This document shows, in pieces, positions 19,555 to 30,298 of a DNA stretch of 64,000 nt. Below the pieces are notes generated by a model. That model did no database searches and was not told the origin of the DNA. It saw only the letters and a program-made list of their open reading frames with translations. The stretch lies in contig JACREF010000005.1 in NCBI GenBank assembly GCA_016218365.1, positions 130 to 64,129 of the forward strand, read 5' to 3'. The position numbers and the translations under genes were made by a program. Position 1 is the first letter of the stretch. Every line of letters begins with the position of its first letter. This stretch comes from Gammaproteobacteria bacterium (GTDB lineage: Bacteria > Pseudomonadota > Gammaproteobacteria > SZUA-140).

Positions 19555-20480
19555 TATACCCCACCGTCCTGTTGCGTCAGCGCCATGAACACATCCTCGA
19601 GATCGGCGTGGCGGGTCTGCAGATCGCTGATGACGACACCGGCGGTGCGCAACGCGTCCAGCGCTGTGATGATCGCGTCCAGCGTGCGCGGCAGCTCCAG
19701 TTCCAGGCAATCACCATCATGACGTCTGATCAGCGCCGCCAGTGACGGCGGCAAGCTGTCCACCGCCGACCGGGTCATCACCAATAACCGTAGCGTGTTG
19801 CCGAGCTCGCGCTGCAACAGCGCCTGCTTGCTGTCGAGCGCGATCAGCCGGCCGTGATTGAGGATCGCGATCCGGTCACACAGCCGCTCGGCCTCTTCGA
19901 GATAATGCGTCGTCAGCACGATGGTGTGGCCACGGCGATGCAGGCCGCTGACGAATTCCCACAGCAAGCGGCGCAATTCGACATCGACACCGGCGGTCGG
20001 CTCATCGAGCACGACGACCTGCGGCTGGTGCACCAGCGCCTGCGCGATCAGCACCCGGCGCTTCATGCCGCCGGACAGCGATCGCATATTGCTGTTGGCC
20101 TTGTCCGACAGCTTCAAGGCCTCCAGCACCTCGTCGATCCACGGATCGATGGCGCGGCCGAGGCCGAAATAGCCGGCCTGGATCTGCAGCACCTCGCGCA
20201 CCGTGAAAAACGGGTCAAACACCAGCTCCTGCGGCACGATGCCGATCAGCCGCCGCGCCGCACGGTAATCACTGACCACATCATGGCCGAGCACCGCGAC
20301 CTGGCCGCGGCTGGCCCGTGTCAGCCCGGCGATGATATTGATCAACGTCGACTTGCCGGCACCGTTGGGGCCGAGCAGGCCAAAGAACTCACCCTGTTCG
20401 ATAGTCAGATCGATGCCGTCCAGCGCCCGGACCCGCGGGTAGTGCTTGTCGACCGCTGTGATGGTAATGGCTGCTGTCAT
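19554..20480 (-). CDS. ABC transporter ATP-binding protein (exporter, ABC-2 partner)
   Basis: Walker A GPNGAGKST, signature LSGGMKRR, Walker B VVVLDEPT; probable start MTAAITITAV ~20480. Confidence 0.85.
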   Translation of the reverse strand: MTAAITITAVDKHYPRVRALDGIDLTIEQGEFFGLLGPNGAGKSTLINIIAGLTRASRGQVAVLGHDVVSDYRAARRLIGIVPQELVFDPFFTVREVLQIQAGYFGLGRAIDPWIDEVLEALKLSDKANSNMRSLSGGMKRRVLIAQALVHQPQVVVLDEPTAGVDVELRRLLWEFVSGLHRRGHTIVLTTHYLEEAERLCDRIAILNHGRLIALDSKQALLQRELGNTLRLLVMTRSAVDSLPPSLAALIRRHDGDCLELELPRTLDAIITALDALRTAGVVISDLQTRHADLEDVFMALTQQDGGV

Positions 20481-20614
20481 CGGATAGCGTGTTGGCTGGG
20501 TAGGCCCATTGTACCTGAACCGCCCGCAACGGGTGCCGCCCTCTTCAGGCACGGCAGCGGATGGACGCTAATGGTATTGACCCGCCACTCTGCACGGAAC
20601 GTGGAGACCTGACC

Positions 20615-22039
20615 ATGACGACACCCCCGATCTGCGCCGGCAAGTTCTGCCATAACGTCGAGGCCATGGTCGACAAGGCCATCGCCGCCCTCGACATCGA
20701 CACCGGCGTCGCCGCGGCGATCAAGACCTGCCACTCGGTGTTACAGGTGAGGTTTCCGGTCAAAATCCGTGGAAAGATTGAAGTTTTCACCGGCTGGCGC
20801 GCGGTGCACAGCACCCATCGGCTGCCGGCCAAGGGCGGCATCCGTTATGCGCCGATCGCCGACCAGGACGAGGTCGAGGCGCTGGCGGCGCTGATGACCT
20901 TCAAATGCGCCGTGGTCGATGTGCCGTTCGGCGGCAGCAAGGGCGCGCTGCATATCGACCCGAAACACTATAACCGCGAGGAGATGGAGGCGATCACCCG
21001 CCGCTTTGCCGTCGAGCTGGCGCGCAAGGACTTCCTGAACCCGGCGACCAATGTACCGGCCCCGGACGTCGGCACCGGCCAGCGCGAGATGGCATGGATC
21101 GCCGACACCTACAAGCATCTGCACCCCGAGGACATCAATCATCTGGCCTGTGTGACCGGCAAACCGGTGCACCACGGTGGCATCCGTGGCCGCGTCGAGG
21201 CCACCGGCCGTGGCGTGCAATATGCGCTGCGCGAGTTCTTCCGCCACCCCGAGGACGTGGCCCGGGCCGGGCTGAGCGGCACGCTCGACGGCAAGCGCAT
21301 CGTCATCCAGGGTCTGGGCAACGTCGGCTATCATGCCGCGAAATTCCTGTCAGAGGAGGATGGCGCAGTCATCATTGCCGTCATCGAGCGCGACGGCGCC
21401 GTGATCAACGATGATGGTCTGAATATCGAAGAGCTGTACCGGCATATCGTCGAACACAAGACGATCCAGGGCTATCACGGCGGCCGCTTTGTCGCCGACG
21501 GCCTGCCGGTGCTGGAACTGCCCTGTGACCTGCTGATCCCGGCCGCACTCGAAGGCCAGATCACCGCCGCCAATGCCGGGCGCATCCAGGCCCGGATGGT
21601 CGTCGAGGCCGCCAACGGCCCGTGCACCTTCGAGGCCGACACCATCCTGAACCAGCGCGGCATCCTGGTACTGCCCGACATCTATATCAACGCCGGTGGC
21701 GTCGTGGTGTCGTATTTCGAATGGATACGCAACATCTCGCACATCCGCTTTGGCCGCATGCAGCGCCGCCTTGAAGAACAACAGGGTGACCGGCTGACGA
21801 CGGTGCTGGAGCAGGTCACCGGCACCCGTCTCGATGACACGATGCGGGCACAGATCAGCCGCGGCGCCGACGAGATCGACCTGGTGCGCTCCGGCCTCGA
21901 CGACACGATGCGGCTCGCCTACCAGGAGATGCGCCAGGTCTGGCATCACAACCCCAAGGTCCACGACCTGCGCACCGCCGCCTTCGTCATCGCCGTCGAA
22001 AAGATCGCCCGCTCCTACCTCGACGTCGGGCTGTTCTGA
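20615..22039 (+). CDS. gdh: Glu/Leu/Phe/Val-family glutamate dehydrogenase
   Basis: FGGSKGALHIDP catalytic-Lys motif, GLGNVGYHAAKFL Rossmann motif; start probably MTTPPICAG ~20615. Confidence 0.85.
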   Translation: MTTPPICAGKFCHNVEAMVDKAIAALDIDTGVAAAIKTCHSVLQVRFPVKIRGKIEVFTGWRAVHSTHRLPAKGGIRYAPIADQDEVEALAALMTFKCAVVDVPFGGSKGALHIDPKHYNREEMEAITRRFAVELARKDFLNPATNVPAPDVGTGQREMAWIADTYKHLHPEDINHLACVTGKPVHHGGIRGRVEATGRGVQYALREFFRHPEDVARAGLSGTLDGKRIVIQGLGNVGYHAAKFLSEEDGAVIIAVIERDGAVINDDGLNIEELYRHIVEHKTIQGYHGGRFVADGLPVLELPCDLLIPAALEGQITAANAGRIQARMVVEAANGPCTFEADTILNQRGILVLPDIYINAGGVVVSYFEWIRNISHIRFGRMQRRLEEQQGDRLTTVLEQVTGTRLDDTMRAQISRGADEIDLVRSGLDDTMRLAYQEMRQVWHHNPKVHDLRTAAFVIAVEKIARSYLDVGLF

Positions 22040-22265
22040 GCCTGTCCTGAGTAGCGACATAGTCGCGTATCGAAGAGCCTGTCCTGAGTAGCGACATAGT
22101 CGCGTATCGAAGGGCCTACTCACCACGAACGGCTCCATCTACCCGTTCATCCTGAGTAGCGCTGCGTAGCAGCGCGTATGGTTCGATACGGCGCTGCGCG
22201 CCTACTCACCATGATCGGTATATGTTAGGGCCTGAGTAGCGACATAGTCGCGTATCGAAGGACCC
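22040..22265. repeat. REP/BIME-like array (same family as 4925-5185, opposite orientation units CCTGTCCTGAGTAGCGACATAGTCGCGTATCGAAG)
   Basis: Direct reading; starts immediately after gdh stop. Confidence 0.75.
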
Positions 22266-22324
22266 ACCTTGACACCGTCCCGCCCCACCGCTATCATTCC
22301 AATACTCTTTGGAATGATAGCACC

Positions 22325-22984
22325 ATGAACACACGCGCCACCAAGGATCTGCTGTATCAACAGGTCGCCCGGATCGGCAAGGTCGTGTCCAGTCCGCGGC
22401 GGCTGGAGCTGATCGAGTTGCTGTGCCAGGGGGAGAAGAGCGTCGAACAGCTCGCCGGTGATGCGAACATGACGGTCAAGCTGGCCAGCGCGCACCTGAA
22501 GGAACTGAAGGCGGCGCGGCTGGTCGAGACGCAGCGCCGCGGCAAGCATATCTATTACCGTCTGGTGGACAGCGGAGTCGCTGACTTGTGGGTGATGTTG
22601 CGCCGCCTCGCCGGGCACCGGCTGCTGGAGCTGCAGGCGGCGCTGACGACGCTGACGAAACGGCCGGACGAGCTGCTGCCGGTCGGCAGTCGCCAGTTGC
22701 TGCAACAGGCACGGCGCGGCGACATCATCGTCATCGATGTGCGGCCGGCTGATGAGTATGCCGCCAACCACCTGCCCCATGCCCGTTCGCTGCCACTGGC
22801 AGAACTGAAACGGCGGCTACATGAATTACCGGCCGATCGTCCGGTAGTTGCCTACTGCCGCGGTCCGTTCTGCCTGATGGCGCACCAGGCGGTGGCGCTG
22901 CTGACAAAACACGGCTACCGCGCGCAACGTCTCGAAGACGGCGTCGCCGAGTGGCGGGCGCGCGGCCTGCCACTGGCAGCATAA
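22325..22984 (+). CDS. ArsR/SmtB-family transcriptional regulator fused to C-terminal rhodanese domain (candidate sulfide/persulfide sensor)
   Basis: N-terminal HTH (RRLELIELLCQGEKSVEQLA...KELKAARLVETQRRGKHIYYRL); C-terminal IIVIDVRPADEY...VVAYCRGPFCLMA rhodanese active-site Cys loop. Confidence 0.8.
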   Translation: MNTRATKDLLYQQVARIGKVVSSPRRLELIELLCQGEKSVEQLAGDANMTVKLASAHLKELKAARLVETQRRGKHIYYRLVDSGVADLWVMLRRLAGHRLLELQAALTTLTKRPDELLPVGSRQLLQQARRGDIIVIDVRPADEYAANHLPHARSLPLAELKRRLHELPADRPVVAYCRGPFCLMAHQAVALLTKHGYRAQRLEDGVAEWRARGLPLAA

Positions 22985-23134
22985 CAACGTGATGAAAAAC
23001 GCATCGGCGGATGCCAGACAAGGCGCAACAGGGCGAGGAAGCGGAGTTTACACACGAGTAAATGAGCATTTCGAGCACTGTTGCAACGCCGGATGGCGCC
23101 GCCCAGGTGTTTTTCAACAAGCTGTTAAGGAGAT

Positions 23135-23488
23135 TTGATGAAGACACTGCTGATACTGAATGAATCGCCGTACGGCAATGAGCGCAGCTACAATGCGCTG
23201 CGGCTGGCGAGCGCGCTGACCAAGGCTGCCGGTAACGAGGTCCGCGTCTTTCTGCTCGGCGACGCCGCAGCCTGCGCCAAGGCCGGCCAGCAGGTGCCGG
23301 CAGGCTTTTACAACATTCAATTGATGCTCGACAAGGTCATCCGCGCCCCGGCCGCCGTTGGCGTCTGCGGCACCTGTATGGACGCGCGTGGCATCAGCGA
23401 CGCCGAACTGCTTGATGGCGCACAGCGCAGCTCGATGGTCGAGCTGGCAACGTGGACGGCATGGGCGGACAAGGTCATGGTGTTCTAA
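23135..23488 (+). CDS. DsrE/DsrF-like family protein (YchN-like)
   Basis: 117 aa; collinear with E. coli YchN (…ESPYGNE…FLLGDAA…GYNIQLML…CGTCMDARGIS…ELATWTAWADKVMVF). Confidence 0.8.
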   Translation: MMKTLLILNESPYGNERSYNALRLASALTKAAGNEVRVFLLGDAAACAKAGQQVPAGFYNIQLMLDKVIRAPAAVGVCGTCMDARGISDAELLDGAQRSSMVELATWTAWADKVMVF

Positions 23489-23607
23489 GGCCTCTATTGA
23501 TGCGTCATTCCGGGCGCAGCCTGGCTGCGACCCGGAATCCAGCGTTTCACCGATCAGGGGCGGGAGTGACGCACAGGAATACATCGGCCCCACAGGGAGA
23601 GACAATC

Positions 23608-24342
23608 ATGTTTTTCAAACAACTGGCGACCAAAGAATCCACGCTGTCCTATTTCTTCGGCTGCGCCAGCCTCGGCAAGGCGGTGGCCGTCGATGTCGTC
23701 GCCGGCGATGAACCGTGGTTCATCGAACAGGCGCGGCAGGCTAATGTCACCATCACCCATGTCATCGACACCCATGTCCATGCCGACCATTATTCGGGCG
23801 GCCGCCGGCTGGCGGCACAAAGCGGCGGCGCCTATTGCCTGCATGAAAGCGACCGTGATCTGGTCCAGTTCGACTTTCAGCCGCTGCGCGATGATGAGAT
23901 CATCGAGGCCGGCAATGTCATCATCAAGGTGCTGCATACGCCGGGACACACGCCGGACAGCATCTGTCTATTGGTCACCGACCGCCGCCGCGGCAGCGAG
24001 CCGTGGTTCGTCATCACCGGCGACACGCTGTTCGTCGGCGCCATCGGCCGTCCCGATCTCGCCGGCCAGGAACAGCAGATGGCCGCAACCTTGTTCGACA
24101 GCCTGCAACACAAGCTACTGTCGCTGCCGGACGACATCGAGATCTATCCCGGCCATCAGGCCGGCAGCGTCTGCGGCGCCGGGCTGTCCGGCAAACCGTC
24201 ATCGACGCTGGGGTTTGAGAAACGCTGGAACCCGGCGCTGGCGATCCGCGACAAACAGGCCTTCGTCGAGCTGCTGACGCGCGACATCCCGCCGCGGCCG
24301 GCCGACATGGCGCAGATCGTCGCCGCCAACATCGCCGCATGA
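23608..24342 (+). CDS. MBL-fold metallo-hydrolase, persulfide-dioxygenase (ETHE1/Blh)-like
   Basis: HVIDTHVHADHYSGG metal-binding motif, HTPGHTPDS, ~245 aa; RBS GGGAGA upstream of ATG ~23608. Confidence 0.65.
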   Translation: MFFKQLATKESTLSYFFGCASLGKAVAVDVVAGDEPWFIEQARQANVTITHVIDTHVHADHYSGGRRLAAQSGGAYCLHESDRDLVQFDFQPLRDDEIIEAGNVIIKVLHTPGHTPDSICLLVTDRRRGSEPWFVITGDTLFVGAIGRPDLAGQEQQMAATLFDSLQHKLLSLPDDIEIYPGHQAGSVCGAGLSGKPSSTLGFEKRWNPALAIRDKQAFVELLTRDIPPRPADMAQIVAANIAA

Positions 24343-24352
24343 TACCGCGCCA

Positions 24353-25675
24353 TTGACGACCGCAACCGGGGACCGCATGACCATGCCACTCAGCGAACCG
24401 GTCCACGGCATCCGCGCCAACCTCGACCAGTTCCTGCATCAGCTGCTGCAGGTGTTCCTGGTCGGGCTGACCATCGGCATGATGCGCACCGTGATCCCGG
24501 CGCTGGCCGACAGCGAGTTCGGCGTGCCGCGCGGCTCGTTCATGCTGCTGATGGCCTTTGTCATCGCCTTCGGCTTCGTCAAGGGCACGCTGAACTTCGT
24601 CGCCGGCCATCTGGCGGAACGGATCGGCCGCAAGACCGTGCTGCTGCTCGGCTGGGCCGCTGCGCTGCCGATCCCGCTGCTGATCCTGCATGCCCCGAAC
24701 TGGAACTGGATCGTCGCGGCGACGGTGCTGCTCGGCATCAACCAGGGCCTGACCTGGTCGATGACGCAGACCGCCAAGCTCGACCTAACCCGGCCCGACC
24801 AGCGCGGCCTGACCATCGGCCTCAATGAATTCTCCGGCTACCTCGGCGTCGCGGTAGCCGGCATCGTCACCGGCTACTTGGCAACCATCCTCGGCCCGCG
24901 TCACGGCCTGCTGATCTTCGGCTCGATCGTCATCGTACTGGCGCTGCTGCTGACGGCGCTGTGGGTCAAGGAGACGCTGCGCTGGGCCCGCGCCGAGGGC
25001 GCGCGCCATGCGGCCGGCCAGAGCACCGGACCGCGGCCGCGTTTTCCGCACAATATCGCTGACCGGCCGACCACCTGGCAGGTGTTCACACTGATGACAT
25101 GGCGCGACCGGCGCATGGCGGCGCTGTGCCAGGCCGGGCTGGTCGAGAAATTCGTCGACGCGCTGGTGTGGGTGTTCTATCCGGTGTTCCTGTATCAGCA
25201 CGGCATCAGCCTGCCTGGCATCGGCTGGATCGTCGGCATCTATGGCCTGGTATGGGGCGGCTCGCAGTTCTTCACCGGCAAGCTGTCCGATCATGTCGGG
25301 CGGCACCGGCCGATCGTCGCCGGGATGTGGCTCTGCGGCGCCGGCGTCGGCATGATGCTGCTCGGCGAGGGTGTCGCGTGGTGGTCGCTGTCGGCGGCGA
25401 TCACCGGTTTCGGCATGGCACTGCTGTACCCGAACCTCAGCGCGGCGGTGGCCGACATCGCCCACCCGAACTGGCGCGGCGCGGCGATCGGCATCTACCG
25501 TTTCTGGCGCGACCTCGGCTATGGCATCGGCGGGCTGGCGCTGGGCATCGTCGCCCATGTCGGCGGCTCGATCAGCGCCGGTTTCTGGCTGGTCGCGATC
25601 GCGATGCTGCTGTCCGGCGCGCTGCTGCAGTGGTGGGGCGAGGAGACGCATCCGCGGCTCAATCCGCAGCGCTGA
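24353..25675 (+). CDS. MFS transporter
   Basis: 440 aa, 12 predicted TM, MFS loop motif ERIGRKTVLLLG. Confidence 0.8.
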   Translation: MTTATGDRMTMPLSEPVHGIRANLDQFLHQLLQVFLVGLTIGMMRTVIPALADSEFGVPRGSFMLLMAFVIAFGFVKGTLNFVAGHLAERIGRKTVLLLGWAAALPIPLLILHAPNWNWIVAATVLLGINQGLTWSMTQTAKLDLTRPDQRGLTIGLNEFSGYLGVAVAGIVTGYLATILGPRHGLLIFGSIVIVLALLLTALWVKETLRWARAEGARHAAGQSTGPRPRFPHNIADRPTTWQVFTLMTWRDRRMAALCQAGLVEKFVDALVWVFYPVFLYQHGISLPGIGWIVGIYGLVWGGSQFFTGKLSDHVGRHRPIVAGMWLCGAGVGMMLLGEGVAWWSLSAAITGFGMALLYPNLSAAVADIAHPNWRGAAIGIYRFWRDLGYGIGGLALGIVAHVGGSISAGFWLVAIAMLLSGALLQWWGEETHPRLNPQR

Positions 25676-25711
25676 GCAACAATCTTTTAACAGCAACACG
25701 GAGGTGTGGTT

Positions 25712-26866
25712 ATGAGTGACGGAAAAACCATATTGATCCTCGGCGGCGGCACCGGCGGCATCGTCGCGGCCAGTCGGCTGCGCAAGGGGCTGGGCCGCGA
25801 ACACCGGATAGTGCTGATCGAACGCGCGGCGGACTATCTGTTCGCACCATCGCTGCTGTGGCTGATGACGGGGCTGCGCAAACGCACCGCGATCTCGCGG
25901 CCGCTGACGCGGCTGGCGCACGGCATTGAGCGGGTCCATGGCAACATCGAGGCCATCGATCCGCTGCACCGCACCGTGCAGGTCAACGGCAGGAAGCTGA
26001 GCGGCGATTACCTGGTGGTGGCGCTGGGCGCGGAACTGGCGCCGCAGACCGTACCGGGGCTGGCCGAGGCCGGTCACAACCTGTACGAACTGGCCGGGGC
26101 CGAGGCCTTGCGCGATGCCCGGTTGAACTGGCGCGCGGGCCGGCTCATCGTGCTGGTCAGTGCCGTGCCGTTCAAGTGTCCGGCGGCGCCGTATGAGGCG
26201 GCGATGCTGCTGGAATACGATTGCCGCAAACGCCGGATCCGCGATCAGGTGACGATTGATTTATATACCCCGGAACCCGGGCCGATGCCGGTGGCCGGCG
26301 CCGAGGTCTCGCAACAGGTGCGCCAGATCGTCGAGGCCAAGGGCATCGGCTATCACCCCGGCCATGCGGTGAGCCGCGTCGATGCCGGCGCGCGCCGCAT
26401 CGAGTTCGCCAACGGCGCGGCCACCGGTTTTGATCTGCTGGTCTACGTGCCGCCGCACCGGGCGCCGCAGGTGGTGCAGGACGCGGGACTGTGCGGCGAA
26501 TCCGGCTGGATTGCGGTCGACCGCCAGACGCTGCAGACCCGCTTTCCGGGCGTCTACGCACTCGGCGATGTCACCGGCATCATGCTGGCGATGGGCCGGC
26601 CGCTGCCCAAGGCCGGGGTGTTCGCCCATGGCGAGGCCGAGGTGGTGGCGCACAATCTGGTCTGCGCGCTCACCGGCCGCGGCCAGCCGCGGCAGTTCGA
26701 TGGCCATGGCGAGTGTTTTGTCGAGACCGGCGACGGCAAGGCCGGCTTCGGCAGCGGCGATTTCTTCGCCGAGCCGCTGCCGCAGGTGCGGCTGCGCCCG
26801 CCCGGCCGCAGCCTGCACCTCGGCAAGATCGCCTTCGAGAAGTTCTGGCTGTTCGAATGGTTTTAG
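25712..26866 (+). CDS. Sulfide:quinone oxidoreductase-like FAD-dependent pyridine nucleotide-disulfide oxidoreductase
   Basis: N-terminal ILILGGGTGG FAD motif; FKCPAAPYEAAMLL cysteine motif typical of SQR-family; likely start MSDGKTIL. Confidence 0.7.
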   Translation: MSDGKTILILGGGTGGIVAASRLRKGLGREHRIVLIERAADYLFAPSLLWLMTGLRKRTAISRPLTRLAHGIERVHGNIEAIDPLHRTVQVNGRKLSGDYLVVALGAELAPQTVPGLAEAGHNLYELAGAEALRDARLNWRAGRLIVLVSAVPFKCPAAPYEAAMLLEYDCRKRRIRDQVTIDLYTPEPGPMPVAGAEVSQQVRQIVEAKGIGYHPGHAVSRVDAGARRIEFANGAATGFDLLVYVPPHRAPQVVQDAGLCGESGWIAVDRQTLQTRFPGVYALGDVTGIMLAMGRPLPKAGVFAHGEAEVVAHNLVCALTGRGQPRQFDGHGECFVETGDGKAGFGSGDFFAEPLPQVRLRPPGRSLHLGKIAFEKFWLFEWF

Positions 26867-26967
26867 GAACCTCTGATTAATCAGAGGTTCTCTGTGGCAC
26901 ACGGACGTGCTCTGAGAATTCCAGGATGGAATTATTCAGAGCTTCCTTTAGCAAGCGGAGCGGAACG

Positions 26968-27216
26968 ATGATCGACGCCATGCAGATGCACGACCCGTGG
27001 GCCGGCAGCATGTGGGCTGGCGGTATGTGGCTGTGGGCGGTGCTGTTCTGGGGGCTGGCGATCGCCGGGGCGGTGCTGGTCGTCAAGTCACTGCTCGGGC
27101 GCGGGCTGGAGCGCGATGCCGACCCGCTGGACATCCTCAAGCGCCGCTATGCGCGCGGCGACATCGACCGCGCGACCTTCGAGCAGATGAAAAAAGACCT
27201 CGAAGACAGCCGGTGA
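26968..27216 (+). CDS. Small membrane protein with C-terminal SHOCT domain
   Basis: TM segment WLWAVLFWGLAIAGAVLVV followed by ILKRRYARGDIDRATFEQMKKDL (SHOCT). Confidence 0.6.
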   Translation: MIDAMQMHDPWAGSMWAGGMWLWAVLFWGLAIAGAVLVVKSLLGRGLERDADPLDILKRRYARGDIDRATFEQMKKDLEDSR

Positions 27217-27223
27217 CACCGTG

Positions 27224-27880
27224 ATGACCGGTGTAGATCCCGCCGCCTATGAAGCCTGGTATCACACGCCACGTGGCCGCTGGATCGCCGAGTGTGAGTT
27301 TGCGCTGCTGCAACGCCTGCTGCGTCCGGCGGCCGGGGCCAGCCTGCTCGATGTCGGCTGCGGCAGCGGCCACTTCAGCCGCCGCTACGCCGCCGCCGGG
27401 CTGCGGGTGACCGGGCTGGACCGCGACACGGCGCTGCTGGCCTATGCCCGTTCCCGCGATGACCAGGTGACCTATCTGCACGGTGATGCGCTGGCACTGC
27501 CCTGCGCCGACGGCGCCTGCGATCACTGCGCCGCGATCACCAGCCTGTGTTTCATCTCTGAACCGGCACGGGCGCTGGCCGAGCTGTTGCGGGTCGCCCG
27601 CCGCAGCGTGGTGCTGGGCCTGCTGCACCGCCACAGCCTGCTGTATCGGCAGAAATGCGGCCAGGGTGGTTATCGCGGCGCACGCTGGGATACGGTGACC
27701 GATGTCCGGCGCTGGCTGGCGGCGACCGGCCATACCAGCACGACGACATTGCGCGCGGGCCATGCGCTGTGGCTGCCGTCCGGCAACACCGTGGCCCGGC
27801 TGACAGAGCGTCTGCTGCCCGCCGCATGTCCCGGCGGCGGTTTTCTCGCCATCGCGCTGCATCACAAAACGGCCGCATAG
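27224..27880 (+). CDS. Class I SAM-dependent methyltransferase (Methyltransf_11-like)
   Basis: LLDVGCGSGHFS motif I; ~218 aa. Confidence 0.75.
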   Translation: MTGVDPAAYEAWYHTPRGRWIAECEFALLQRLLRPAAGASLLDVGCGSGHFSRRYAAAGLRVTGLDRDTALLAYARSRDDQVTYLHGDALALPCADGACDHCAAITSLCFISEPARALAELLRVARRSVVLGLLHRHSLLYRQKCGQGGYRGARWDTVTDVRRWLAATGHTSTTTLRAGHALWLPSGNTVARLTERLLPAACPGGGFLAIALHHKTAA

Positions 27881-27889
27881 CGGCCTCGC

Positions 27890-28255
27890 CGTCGGGCTGT
27901 CCTGAGACGCCCCCGTTCGTCCTAACGGGTGTTCCTGTTCCATGGCAGGTGTGGGCCGTTCGTCCTGAGTAGTGCTGCGCAGCAGCACGTATCGAAGGGT
28001 CGCCCTGAGTAGCGGCAGCATGCCTGGTATCGAAGGGCAGTAGCGCCGTCCATGGTTCGATACGGCACTGCGTGCCTACTCACCACGAACGGTCTCCTCC
28101 TCCCCGCCCGTCCTGAGTAGCGACATAGTCGCGTATCGAAGGGCCTACTCACCACGAACGGGTGTTCCTGTTAGTTCCATGGCAGGTGTGGACCGTTCGC
28201 CCTGAGTAGCGGCCAACGGCCGCGTATCGAAGGACCGCATATCCCCCACCAAAAC
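27890..28255. repeat. REP/BIME-like array (largest copy cluster; mixed orientations)
   Basis: Direct reading: GTCCTGAGTAGCG...CGTATCGAAGG and GCCTACTCACCACGAACGG units repeated ~8 times. Confidence 0.75.
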
Positions 28256-28330
28256 ACCCGGTGCAGCAAGACCTTATTTATAGTATAATGTCGCGCCTTC
28301 GAAACCTTTAAAAACCTTCAGGATATCGCC

Positions 28331-30151
28331 GTGATCGAGAACCTACGCAACATCGCCATCATCGCCCACGTTGACCATGGCAAGACCACGCTGGTCGACA
28401 AGCTGCTGCAGCAGTCCGGTACCCTGGACACCCGCGGCGGCGTCACCGAACGCGTCATGGATTCCAACGACCTGGAAAAGGAACGCGGCATCACCATCCT
28501 GGCCAAGAACACCTCGATCCGCTGGAATGACTACCGGATCAACATCGTTGACACCCCGGGCCACGCCGATTTCGGCGGCGAGGTCGAGCGCGTGTTGTCG
28601 ATGGTCGACTCGGTACTGCTGCTGGTCGATGCCGTCGACGGCCCGATGCCGCAGACCCGCTTTGTGACCCAGAAGGCCTTTGCGCTGGGCCTGAAGCCGA
28701 TCGTCGTCATCAATAAGGTCGACCGCCCCGGCGCCCGCCCCGACTGGGTGCTGGACCAGACCTTTGACCTGTTCGACCGCCTCGGCGCCACCGATGACCA
28801 GCTCGACTTCAAGGTGGTGTATGCCTCGGCGCTGATGGGTTATGCGACGCTGGACCTGAGCCAGCCATCCACCGACATGACGCCGCTGTTCGAGACCATC
28901 ATCAAGGAAGTGAAGCCGCCCCAGGTCGACTTCGACGGCCCGTTCCAGATGCAAGTCAGCTCGCTCGATTACAACAGCTACGTCGGCGTCATCGGCATCG
29001 GCCGCATCGCCCGCGGCCGCATCAAGACCAATTCGCCAGTCGTCATCATCGACCGCGTCGGCCAGCGCCGCACCGGCCGCATCCTGCAGATCCTCGGCTT
29101 CCATGGCCTGCAGCGTGTCGAGGTCCCCGAGGCGCAGGCCGGCGACATCATCGCCTTCACCGGCGTCGAGACGCTGAACATCTCCGACACCTTGTGCTCA
29201 CCGGACAAGCCGGAGGCCCTGCCGCCGCTGACCGTCGATGAACCGACCGTCAGCATGACCTTCCAGGTCAATAACTCGCCGTTCGCCGGCAAGGAAGGCA
29301 AATACGTCACCTCGCGCCAGATCCGCGACCGGCTGCAGAAGGAACTGATCCACAACGTCGCCTTGCGCGTCGACGACACCGAAGACCCGGACCGCCTCAA
29401 GGTCTCAGGTCGTGGTGAACTGCATCTGTCGGTACTGATCGAGAACATGCGCCGCGAAGGGTTCGAGCTCGGCGTGTCACGCCCCGAGGTCATCATCCAC
29501 GAGATCAACGGCATCAAGGAAGAGCCGTATGAACAGGTCACCATCGACGTCGAGGACATCCATCAGGGCACTATCATGGAAAAGCTCGGGCTGCGCGGCG
29601 GCGAGCTGAAAAACATGATGCCCGATGGCCGGGGCCGGGTACGCCTTGATTACATCATGCCATCGCGCGGCCTGATCGGCTTCCGCACCGAATTCCTGAC
29701 CGCAACCCAGGGCACCGGGCTGATCTACAGCGTGTTCGACCACTACGGCCCGATCAAGAAGGGTTCATACGGCCAGCGCATCAACGGCGTGCTGATCTCC
29801 AACGGCACCGGCAAGATCCTCGGCTATTCCTTGTTCAACCTGCAGGAACGCGGCAAGCTGTTCGTCGGTCACGGTGAAGAGGCCTATGAAGGCATGGTCA
29901 TCGGCATCCATGCCCGTGACAACGACCTGGTCGTCAACCCGCTGAAGGGCAAGCAGCTGACCAACGTCCGCGCCTCGGGCTCCGATGAAAACATCATCCT
30001 GGTTCCACCGATCCGCTTCACCCTGGAACAGGCGCTGGAGTTCATCGATGACGACGAACTGGTTGAGGTCACGCCGCAGTCGATCCGCATCCGCAAAAAG
30101 AAGCTGAAGGAAAACGACCGCAAGCGCGCCTCCCGCTCCGACGAGGATTAG
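28331..30151 (+). CDS. typA: Translational GTPase TypA/BipA
   Basis: [38 protein letters not shown]; 606 aa collinear with BipA. Confidence 0.95.
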   Translation: MIENLRNIAIIAHVDHGKTTLVDKLLQQSGTLDTRGGVTERVMDSNDLEKERGITILAKNTSIRWNDYRINIVDTPGHADFGGEVERVLSMVDSVLLLVDAVDGPMPQTRFVTQKAFALGLKPIVVINKVDRPGARPDWVLDQTFDLFDRLGATDDQLDFKVVYASALMGYATLDLSQPSTDMTPLFETIIKEVKPPQVDFDGPFQMQVSSLDYNSYVGVIGIGRIARGRIKTNSPVVIIDRVGQRRTGRILQILGFHGLQRVEVPEAQAGDIIAFTGVETLNISDTLCSPDKPEALPPLTVDEPTVSMTFQVNNSPFAGKEGKYVTSRQIRDRLQKELIHNVALRVDDTEDPDRLKVSGRGELHLSVLIENMRREGFELGVSRPEVIIHEINGIKEEPYEQVTIDVEDIHQGTIMEKLGLRGGELKNMMPDGRGRVRLDYIMPSRGLIGFRTEFLTATQGTGLIYSVFDHYGPIKKGSYGQRINGVLISNGTGKILGYSLFNLQERGKLFVGHGEEAYEGMVIGIHARDNDLVVNPLKGKQLTNVRASGSDENIILVPPIRFTLEQALEFIDDDELVEVTPQSIRIRKKKLKENDRKRASRSDED

Positions 30152-30298
30152 CAGCGTGTTCAAAAACGTAGCGAGGACGATCAGCAGCAAGGCGCACGGC
30201 GCACAGCGACCGAGACATATCACGGTAGATAGGCGAGGGAGCGAGCACCGCGCAACGCCGCTGCTGATCACCGCAGTAGTTTTTCAGCACGCTGCCCC

